Part shown: positions 53,301 to 64,000 of the stretch, in pieces | Position numbering within the stretch: the first letter of the stretch is position 1 | Layout of the letters: the number at the start of each line of letters is the position of its first letter | Assembly (NCBI RefSeq): GCF_009914755.1 | Contig: NC_060926.1 | Strand: one strand, 5' to 3' | Length of the DNA stretch: 64,000 nucleotides | Origin: the human T2T-CHM13v2.0 reference genome, Homo sapiens | Made by a program: the position numbers and the translations under genes | Notes under the pieces: model-generated | Seen by the model: only the letters and a program-made list of their open reading frames with translations | What the model was told of the DNA's origin: nothing | The model's database searches: none

Positions 53301-55608
53301 TCGCCTAGAGGAGTGATCTAATTTTCTCAATTATTTCATGCTAATGAATTGTTCCTTTTTGGTGACAGTTCTGGAGATAGCTGAATGCATAAGACAAGAT
53401 TTCATATTACCATTTTTAGGTTCTACTGTTATGTGTGGGGTGTGTGTGTGTTTAAGATATGGCTATAGAACCAGAGTGTGCCCACTTGAAATTCTAATAC
53501 TGAGAGAGAGAACAGATTTCCGGATTTGAATAATTTCATTTAGTCAATAAAGGGATAAATCATTCTGCAACAGCTATTTTTCCTTGACGCGACTTTGGAT
53601 TAGAAATTCAGTCCATCTCAGAGAAGCACTTATGCAAATGCTGGTGATAGTGGTGTGGCTGATCACATTAGAGTCTCGGGTTACTAGATTACCTGTGTGG
53701 CTGTGATGAAAAGATCAGTGTGTTTGCATGCTGAGATGAAATGATGCAACTCATCGTATCATGTCATCAGCAAATGTTATTTTAATAAGACTACAAATCA
53801 TTGTGACATCAACAACCTCAAACAAATCTTCTGGATATTTAAATACACTGATTCTTCCCTAAAGGCCAATGAAAGATGTAAAAACAACAACAAAAAAAGA
53901 ATGTCTCAATGTCTCATTCATAGAGAGCAACATCCAGATAGTAGAATGTTGCATGTATTTTAAGCTATAAACTAACGTATACTTCCAGAGAACAAGTGAT
54001 ACTGAGGCTTTTGTGAGACTGTGGATGATTAATTCTCAAACAAGTTAAAATGAGCTCTCAACCTGCCTGCTAAGGCATGGAGAACAGGGGTGTGGATTTT
54101 TTTTTTTTTAATTACCGGCAAGATAATCAGGAAAATATCATAGGTACACTGTTCATTCCTCCCATCCCTGGAATCAGCAAAAAAGGAGAAAGTTCTAGAA
54201 AGAGGAATACTGCCAGCAACACTTAACAGACAACCTAGACTTCTGTAATGCCTAGATAATCAAATCTGGTATTTTCTTATAACAGATTTACTCAAAAAGG
54301 CCTGTGACACTACCCGATGATTTATTGGTTAAAATAGCCTATAATCCTTCTAGAAAAAAACGGAAGAGTTCAGACCCCAAATTGTTTGAACACAAGTTGA
54401 ATTAACCAAGAAAAATTAGATGCATGCCCAGGATTGTTCTAGGGGGCTACAGTAACTCTGTAACAACTGTAACTTCTTCTTTTAAAAAATTCATCCACTA
54501 CATGGTATGCATGAAACATAAAGACACACAAAATAGTGTGTTTAAAATATTACAATTGCATTGCAGATATGATTTTATCACTTCAGTTTACTTCAACTTA
54601 TTAGAGACTTAGACAAGAAAAAGGAGAAAAAGAAATAGAGTAAAAAATCAATTTGATGTGTCTTTGGGTGTTCTTTAAAAAAGTAAATTGAGGGCAGCCT
54701 TGCAAACACTTGTTACCTAAGAAATGCCATTCTGTTACCTTCCTAAAAGTAGAGAGGCAAATATGAAGCCACAAATGCCATAATGAGAACTGCAGAAAAC
54801 TCAGAAGAGCCAGGAAAGGAATCTTGGAAATGCCTTCTGAGATTTAACTTGAACAGCTCTGGCTGGAAGTTCGATTGGTGGGGCAGTGATGGTGACCACA
54901 GGCATTATCCAAATAAGGGTATTCCAAGCCTAGTTTCTTTGGAGATTTTCAGAACGCAAAAGTGTTTATGATGTGTTCTGTCTACAGATGAGAGTTTGTG
55001 GCCACACTTGAAGCCATTTTGAATGCAGATTCATTTCACATTTAATAAGACAATGCCATGTAAAGCGGTGAAAGATTACTAAAAGCATAATTTTGTGGAG
55101 GTTTAGGAAGGAATGAAAATAGCTTATTTTTCTACCACCATGGATTCTCCAACCTCCCTCATGTTGCAGCCTAACCATTGGTGTTTGCACCACAAAAATA
55201 CAATATTCCTTCCAAAACAATTGCAAGTAGGATATCCATTACTCTAGCCTATATTTCTTTTTCCTTGAGAAAACATTGAAATGTATCTCTTTACCTATGG
55301 TTTATTTTAAAATACACCAGCTTCTCTGGGAACACTCTTTTATGCTTATCTCCTATCTTCTCTTTCTTAATATTCTAGAAATATAAGGTCTGCTTTTTCA
55401 GCATTTGCATTCATGGGGACCCATGGGATCACATTGCTAAGTCAGATGGAAACATTTCAATACTGAACATGCAGTATTATTCAACTAAATTTAAAAATAA
55501 AAATAATGGTTGAGGTTACTTCTCCCTTTAAGATTGATATAAATATATATATAATATATATATCATATTGTGTGTATGATATATTTGTGTGTATGAAATA
55601 TATATATA

Positions 55609-55892
55609 TTTCTTTTTTTGAGATGAAGTCTTGCTCTTCACCCAGACTGGAGTGGGATCTCGGCTTACTGGAACCTCCATCTCCCGGGTTCAAGCGATTC
55701 TCCAGACTCAGCCTCCCAAGTAGCTGGGATTACAGGCACCTGCCACCATGCCCAGCTAATTTTTGTATTTTTAGTAGAGATGGGATTTCACCATGTTGGC
55801 CAGGCTGGTCTTGAACTTCTGACCTCAGGTAATCTGCCCACCTCGACCTCCCAAAGTGTTGGGATTACAGGCATGAGCCACCACGCCTGGCC
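55609..55892 (-). mobile_element. AluSx/Sq-type
   Basis: Antisense Alu with a small deletion after ggagtg; TA-rich flanks. Confidence 0.95.
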
Positions 55893-56069
55893 ATATATGA
55901 CTGTATATTATATGACATAATACACTATAATAATATAGTTTGAGTACCCTTTTTTTCAATCTCAAAGCCTAATGCATGTTTCCTACTGAGAACTGATTTT
56001 TCTTATTTAACCAACTCATAGGAATTGTTCATGAGGTATTCCTGATATTTCATTCTTGAAATCTTCTGA

Positions 56070-56095
56070 GTGTGTGTGTGTGTGTGTGTGTGTGT
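56070..56095. repeat. (GT)13 microsatellite
   Basis: Read directly from the sequence. Confidence 0.97.
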
Positions 56096-57656
56096 ACATC
56101 TCTGTGTATATATACTGGAAAGTGTATACGTATGCATTAACCCTCTGAAGGGTTAATTTACCTCAACTACCAATACTATAACAAAAAATTTTTAATCTTA
56201 ACTTTTAAAAAGACTTTATTTCATTTTTAACCACATCATTGTAAGAAGGAGTTCCAAACTGTACAGGCTGAAGAGGTTGGCATTATCTAGTCTGGAACAC
56301 GAAAACCTCTTCACAACACAGCTGCACTTTTGGTAAAGATTCAATATATAAAGTGCAGCTCATAGAGACTATTGGAAGTTGTAGATTCTCACAGACAATT
56401 GAAGAATGCTGCCTCGAAACTTCCTTAAGATTCTTAAAGTCAGTTAAGAGTAAAGTAGAAACAACGTCTGAGTTGGTCACTGTTGTAAATTATGGAGATA
56501 AAATTTCCTCAGCAGGCTGCACAGGGTAACTTAGACTGAGATTTGGAGGATTGGAAAAAAAAATTTAAGTTGTGTGGGCCTATATAAAGTTGCCAACTTT
56601 TTATTTTAGGCATTAAAATCATTGATATTAACACCAACCATCCACTTAAGATGATCATTTCTAAAATGTTTCAGAATCAAGAGCAAGACTTAAATTTATC
56701 TAAATTTCTTTTTCAATCATTTTGCTAAGGACCAGTGAAAACTTCACCATGGAATTGGTCTTTCCCTTTGCTAGCAATTGCGAATCTCTTAAATGAATGC
56801 ATTAGGTTTTGTACCCCTGGACCTGGATCACTCACCCTTAATTCTTTGACTCTAACACTACATACTGAGTACCTCTGCAGGCTGGTATTGAGCTAGGCAG
56901 TGACAAACATCGAGGATTGAGAGCAAACAACATTCCTACCCCAGATTATGGACTAATGAAACGTACTACCCCTTCTTTTAGCTGTGGGACCCCTTGCTAA
57001 ATACTTGAAAAAACTTAAAAATTGCGTAAAATGAGAATAACAAAATCCCCATTGCAGAACTGAGAAGCTAAGTGACACCCAATTGGCATTCAAGTTACAT
57101 GAGTTATTATCATCAAAAATTATGAAGTGTTAAGTTATCTGAGAAGATTTTTCTTGGGGAGAAAAAGCAGATGAAGTGGCAGATTATCCTTCAAACATTT
57201 CAGGGCACAAAGATAAATACAGAAAAGACGGCTGTGGTACCAGCACAGACAGATGCTTCCCAATGGCACCGACATCGAATAAAGTGAGCACAAATCTATT
57301 AAACGTGTCTGATGAATAATTTCATCAGTTATTGGGAGAAGTATACAAAATCACCTCTTAGAACTCAAATTCACAATTTGTCATAAGGCAGTAGCCCAAA
57401 GAATCGGGATAAAAACCTGAATGGTATCATAATCGGACTCTGGAATTACATTTTTGTTAAGCTTTGTACAACTTAGAAAATCTAATAAAACATCTGACAA
57501 AAGAAATAGGTTCCGACTGACAGCAAAGCCCGGAGGCATGTGCTCCCACTGACTAAGAAGTTAAGATGTCACAAACTTCTCAGCCCTTTCCTTCACTTGA
57601 GCCTCAAAGTATTGGTTGTGAAGTGGAGTAAAGGCACTGTCAAATTTAAATTTTAA

Positions 57657-58138
<482 letters not shown>

Positions 58139-59124
58139 TCACCTACATATATTTATGTGAAAATATATACACATATATTTATATATTTTTTTCACCTATA
58201 TTTTCTCCTATACACAAAGCGCAACTTTGCAGAAACTTTAACTCCCACTGAAATGAGATTCTAAATGTTTCCCAGTGGGATGAGGGGTAAGATTTGCAAT
58301 CTCTCCCCTGGGTCCTCCTTTTCCCCTCAAGGATGGTACCAACCCTGGATTCAGGGCTACAGCACCCTCAAAAATCTGCTTATGGTTGTATGATTCTTAC
58401 CTTCAGATTCTTCATTTTTACTGAAGTACAATAGTCTTTATTGATTTATTTACTTTGTGCAGGTTTTCACTAAAAAGCTAGGTACCAGGGCAAAAGGTAA
58501 CAGTCAGACGGACAGTTTAGGGATAGAAATTTAACAAAAGTTGCTCAATAGGCAGGGTTTTGCTCCTAGGGACAAACCAAACTCCTCCTGTAAAATCAAT
58601 CCCATTTGTGTCCACAGCAGCCCAGGGCTCCCTGTGCCCTAATGCCCCATCACACTGGTCAGGTAAGAAACTAACTTGCCTTTCACATTGCAGGAGAAAA
58701 TGAGGGAAAGGCCAATACTGAATATGTAGCTATGGAAGGGCCCTTCTGCTTGAAGTTTCCAATCTTTTTTCTTATTTATTGACTATAAATAACAACATAT
58801 TTCAAAGTAGAAGTCATGGCAACTAGAGGAGACTATATCTTGAACGCACTTTTTTTTTTTTTTTTGATTCTCCAACATGTATTTGGGCCTGCTTTAGTGC
58901 AGCCTATGGCTTGTTACTGCAAAGCTTCATGTAAGGTCAAAGCCCCTTTTTTCAGCACACACAGCGGTTTGATGGTAGCTCCTCCCACAACTGCTCAGTC
59001 TTGAACACACTTCCATTTCAGCATCCTCACACAGATCTTTCTTTTCATCCCTTTGGGCAACTCCTTACAGCTTTACAACTGGGTGGTTTCTGTCCAGGTG
59101 GTCTCCTCTCTAGGTACCCTGTCA

Positions 59125-59125
<1 letters not shown>

Positions 59126-59168
<43 letters not shown>

Positions 59169-59192
59169 CCCACTGCCACCACCACCACCACC
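59126..59192. repeat. (CA)21 followed by (CCA)n
   Basis: Read directly from the sequence. Confidence 0.95.
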
Positions 59193-59803
59193 ATCAATCC
59201 ACCCAGTACCATTTACCACAGTGAGGAAATAAGCAGGAAGTTTTCAAATACTGCTTTTCCACCTTAGTCTGTTCTCAAAAAACTTCTACAACTCTCACCT
59301 GTGAATTTAATTTAAAAAAATACAAATCTTAGCTTAACAACTTAAATCCAACCTTACCTCTTACTCTTCCTTGTACAGATGTCATGTTTCTTCTACTTTG
59401 GTCAGCTTAGCATTTTGGAACATGCAGCATGCTCCCTGCCCCCCACATTAAGTTGTTGCCAGTTTCTCTATCTCAAATCTGCTCTCTACATCCTCTCCAA
59501 GAGTTGAAGTCCTCCATAGCTTTTAAAGCCTAGTTCACCTCTAGACTTCAGGAAAAGGCTTTCCTGGGAGTGTTGCTTTTCCTAATGTTTTCTGAGAGTC
59601 ATTTTGGATGCGCAAAATGTCCTTCAAACACGTCACAAAAATATAATAATTTAGAATTATTCAGAATGTGGTACAATGATATGTTAGAGAATTCCATATT
59701 TCTCTGTTTCTTTAGACGAAGACTTAAATTTTTAAAACTATTGTCACAAACATAAGGCTGGAAAAAAGGTTAAAGGAAAACTAGGATGTGGTTGAGAAAG
59801 GGT

Positions 59804-61554
59804 ACAGAAACTCTACTCCTCACAAATTATTACAATCACTGTTCAATAAATTCAGAGAAGAGTGGAGAGAAAAAAAAACAAAAAAAAAAAAACAAAGAAA
59901 TGGTCCCCAGATCTTTTGGTATATACCCAAGCCCCCTTCTATGAAAAATGGAGGAGACTCTGAGATGATCACAGCCAGTGGGAATCTACAAGAAGCCAGG
60001 AGAGAAAACAGAAATCATCTCCGTTTGAAGTCTCACACAGCAGGATGGCTGTGTGGTGCAGTTGAATCTTAAAACTCACACCCCATTTCATGAACTAATG
60101 AGACCTGTTCTGAATAATGAGTCAGGTTTATCAGTGAGGCAGACAGAATTCTCATTTGATGAGCAGCCAATTGGTGAAAAAGGGATTCCTAAACAATTAG
60201 AAATGGAGAAAGATGATACCACGGAAGCAATTCATTCACTAGTTACTTTCTGAAGATACAATGAGGACTAAAATATGCACAGTTCCAGCTGTCATGGATC
60301 CTAGGGTCTGGAAGTTGATGTCTCGTAGTCAAGACAGGAGAGGTGAGCTTTTTAAAAAAGAAACTGGTACTTAATTCCAGATCTGGGCCCCAAAGAAAAT
60401 AAAACCTTGCCAATTAGAGAAGTGAGATTGGGTTGTGCTATGTCTTTATTACTGCAGCGTAATTGTGTCTATTAGTTGATCCTCCCTCGCACTGATTATA
60501 TCACATTCCTTTACTGTTTCTATAATATGCACCCAGATGAAATGTATAGGGTGTTTTGGAAAAGGAATAAGGATGGAAAACTGGTTGTGAAGGAATAATC
60601 CCTTTTTTTTGAGTAGTAGCATTATTCACCGAACACACGTCTTTATATTACAATGTTATTTTGCTCATTCTATGAAACAGAAATAATTCTAAAAATCTTT
60701 GCAAATTTTGATAGATAATGGACTTCTTTAAATAAACATATATAACATATATATATATGTAGATATACACACAAATGCATGTGTACACATGTATACAAAG
60801 ATAGGCATAGCTATAACATGTGTTGCACTGTCTTCAAGGAGAAAAATGTCTATTCTAAATTTATTAATCTTAGGTCATTTTCTTTTTGACTCAAATCTTT
60901 TTTGTTTCATTACCTTTACTGACTATTTAATAAAGATTTCCAATAGATAATATTTACTCAGCAAGCATGTGGGGAAACAAATATTCCCATATAGTGCTGG
61001 TGAAAATAAAATTAGTGAAAACTTCCTGGAGAACAATTTGGCAATACAAATCAAAAATCTTAAAAATATGCATATCATTTGGCTTATAAATTCTACCACT
61101 AGTTGCATATTAATATATGTATCTATCTATAATTTCGCTACTAGATATTTCTACTCCCTAGTCTATTAAGATTATCTATCAAAGTTTGCAAAGATTTTTA
61201 GAATTTTTTTGTTTCATGGGATGAGCAAAATAACATTGTATATAAAAGATACATATTCAGTGAATATACTACTATTCAAAAAATGAATTATTTTTACACA
61301 GCCAGTTTTCCCTCCTCATTTTCTCCTGAGGTGTGAGACTTCAAGTGGATAGGATTTCTGTTTTCTCTCCTGGATTCTACTAGAATCCCACTAGCCCGTG
61401 ATCATCTCAGAGTCTCCCCTATTTTTTATACAAGGGGGTTTGGGTGTATCCCAAAAGATCTAGGGACCATTTCTTTGGGTTTTTTCTGCTCCCTACTCTT
61501 CTATAAGTTTATTGAATGGTGATCATAATAATTTGTGAGCAGTAGAGTTTCTGT
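59804..61554. repeat. Composite long inverted repeat: 59804-60045 pairs with 61324-61554; 60566-60719 pairs with 61171-61320
   Basis: Manual reverse-complement alignment, e.g. ggagactctgagatgatcac / gtgatcatctcagagtctcc and tacaatgttattttgctcat / atgagcaaaataacattgta. Confidence 0.93.
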
Positions 61555-62300
61555 GCTCACAAATTACTACTAGATAGTAGGTATATCCAGTAGTGGAATT
61601 TATAGATCAAATTATACATATATATAAATATATTTCTCAAAAGGCATATAAATATACAAAGATGTATTTATGAGGATATTTATTAGAATGTGGTCTGTAG
61701 TAGAAAAAACTAGACCCCATCTATTATTTATTATAAAGTACAGTATGATAATCATAGCATGCATTTAATTCTATATAGTCATTCAAAATGGAGGCATAAA
61801 TGTATATTGACATGAAAAGATGTTCATGATACCTGTTAAGTAAAAAAGGGATTGTAAAAATGGTAATAATGATAACTAATATTTGGATAGTATTTACTAC
61901 AAGAGAGGCATATGTCTCTGTACTTTATATATGGTAAAGTCACTCACTTCAAACTCATTGCTATTGTCCCTGGTTTATGAATGAAGGAACCAGGCCTAGA
62001 GATCTTCAGTGATTTGTGAATGGTAGAACAGCTAGTAAATGACAGATGTGAGCTTTAAACTTTGACAGCCTGGCTTCAGTTCGCATTTTCCATGTCTCCA
62101 ACATGATACCTGTCTTTGTATAGACACATGCGGGGTTTTACGCATAAATTCACCTTTATATGTGTATATACAAAAAAAAATTAGAATGATATTTATTAAG
62201 ATTTAACATGATTATCTTTAAGTGACTACATTTTTTTTAAATTTCTGTTTAGCTATGTTTTCTGTAGTGAACAATACATTGCTTTTATCCATTTTAAAGA
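60960..62300 (+). mobile_element. L1ME-like 3' fragment split by the inverted insertion (~61110-61620) and a MIR (~61860-62090)
   Basis: gtggggaaac...tgctggtg...ctggagaacaatttggcaat...atgcatatcatttg resumes after 61620 as ggatatttatt...tgacatgaaaagatgttcatgata...aagtaaaaaa. Confidence 0.7.
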
Positions 62301-62980
62301 GGGAAAAAATGTGAAAAGACTACAAATATATTCTGCTTAGCACAGCTTGGGTGCATACCACAGGGCAGTCATGCTGTCCTCCTCACCCTGCTGCTGGAAA
62401 TAGTAACAAAGAGCTCCCAAGGGTCACAAATAATGCACAATATGGAAAATCTACATGGAGATAATTGAAAGTTGAACAAAATTTATTCTCTCAGCTTCTG
62501 TGAAAGTGAGACACCCTGAATATTGAATTACTCTTTCTGGCCACTGAATTATTGCTTTCTTACAAAATGCTAAATGGTGCCACAATGGCCTGAAAGAGTG
62601 AATATGGCATCCAAAAGCGCCTGACTCATATAACCAGGCGGGTCAACTTTAGAATTTGCTGGTCTTGGGATCTGTGTCTGGGTCCTGTCAAAAGTAAAAA
62701 GATTTGCTTGCAATTTACATGGAAGTGATTATAAAGTACAGCTTGTCATAGTATCAATTTTATTTTACTTTCAAAGTTAACCAATATGGTTTGTTTGTTG
62801 CCATTTTTTTAATCCAATAAACTTTAAGAGAGGAATGTGGAAGACACCTGAGAAAGGCCTACTTCTTAAATTCATCTGCTCCAGGTGAAATTATACCATG
62901 CTTACCTCAGGTCTCAGAAAGAAGCACTTTTGTTTCTCCTGGTAGAACATACCAACAGTATCTTCCAATTTTATTCAAGT

Positions 62981-63302
62981 CATATCACGTGTTGTGGGAA
63001 GGACCTGGTGGGAGGTAATTGAATCATGGTGGTGGTTACCCTCAGGCTGCTGTTCTTGTGATAGTGAGTAAGTTCTCATGAGATCTGATGGTTTTCTAAG
63101 GGGCTCTTCCCCCTTTTTCTTGGCCCTTCTCCTCACTGCCGCCATGTAAAGAAGGATGTGTTTGCTTCACTTCCGCCATGATTGTAAGTTTCCTGAGGCA
63201 TCCCCAGCCATGCTGAACTGTGAGTCAATTAAACCTCTCTCCTTTATAAATTACCCAGTCTCGGGTATGTCTTTATTAGCAGCATGAGAACAGATGAATA
63301 CA
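62981..63302 (+). mobile_element. THE1C-like solo LTR lacking its first ~50 bp
   Basis: gtgggaggtaattgaatcatgg...gagatctgatggttt...catgattgtaagtttcctgagg...ctgtgagtcaattaaacctct...aataca. Confidence 0.9.
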
Positions 63303-63384
63303 TACTGTTTTTGACATTTTAGTTATCTCTCCAGTAAAACAAACTTCAAATCTCTATGGTAAAGTGAGCATCTGTCAATAGATT

Positions 63385-63480
63385 TTCTCTCTTTCTTTCC
63401 TTTCTTTTTTCCTACCTTCCTTCCATTCTTTCCTTTTTCTCTCCCTCATCTTCTTTTCTTCCTTTCTTCATTTTTTTTTT
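63385..63480. repeat. Polypyrimidine (CT-rich) low-complexity tract
   Basis: About 95 nt, almost entirely C/T. Confidence 0.85.
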
Positions 63481-64000
63481 AAATAACTGTGATTCAGTTT
63501 TTATGCTCTCTTACAAAATCTGTCCTACAAGTAGATTACACAATCTGAGCACAGCTCCTTGTAACACTACACGTGCTTTCAGGAAAAGCTACGTTTTCGA
63601 GAACTGAAATTTTAGCCACCACTACATGCTGCTCTTGTCTGAGCTCTGCGATTGCTTCTTATTTCTCCCCTGAGGATTCAATGCATTTGGTTCAAGCACC
63701 ATTGAACGTGATGCTGTATTAATTGCCCTGGAGGGTAGCGAGGCCTTTGAACTGTGGCTGTGAGGAATATTTTGCTGTAAGACATGTGTCAGCACTTGGC
63801 TGGTTAACTCTGGGGCTCGGCTGTGCAGCATGCTGGGACCAAGGATCTGGAAAACTACTTTGCATCCTAATCTTACATCTGTTTTCCATCATGTAGTGAG
63901 ATTGACTGGCTATTCTAACAGGGAAGCATCATTCTGAAATAGCCAGAGTCTACATACAAATATTGTACTGTCAAAGAATATTAAGAATTTTCCATCATTT

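Noticed and set aside
60046-60565. Idea that the inverted copy is a spliced retrocopy lacking this 'intron'
   Set aside because: No GT-AG boundaries on either strand, and no poly(A) or TSD on the copy
62973-62987. catatca as an inverted LTR start
   Set aside because: Equally explained as a decayed internal cataatc...cacgtg of THE1C; too short to support an inversion

Overview
Primate (most likely human, given an AluYa5-type segment) AT-rich, repeat-dense non-coding DNA, intronic or intergenic. I can support no protein-coding gene, tRNA, rRNA or CRISPR array; the ORF track is Alu-, MaLR- or chance-derived. Recognisable content: 14 Alus, a full LTR-internal-LTR THE1D-type element, about 11 solo MaLR/ERVL LTRs, DNA-transposon relics (MER85, MADE1, MER53, MER58B, MER5A, Charlie4a), old L1/L2/MIR fragments, microsatellites and a GC-rich regulatory-looking block at about 1.1-2.1 kb. 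The most unusual structure is at 59.8-61.6 kb: two non-adjacent unique segments were copied, joined and inserted in inverted orientation into an L1ME relic, with fold-back junctions, giving a ~380-bp non-Alu inverted repeat. Smaller templated or inverted patchworks lie beside Alu tails at 38.5, 44.5 and 55.5 kb, and one Alu looks like an AluYa5/old-AluY chimera. I see no evidence of a new gene system. Subfamily names are by-eye comparisons with remembered consensus sequences and need RepeatMasker/Dfam confirmation.
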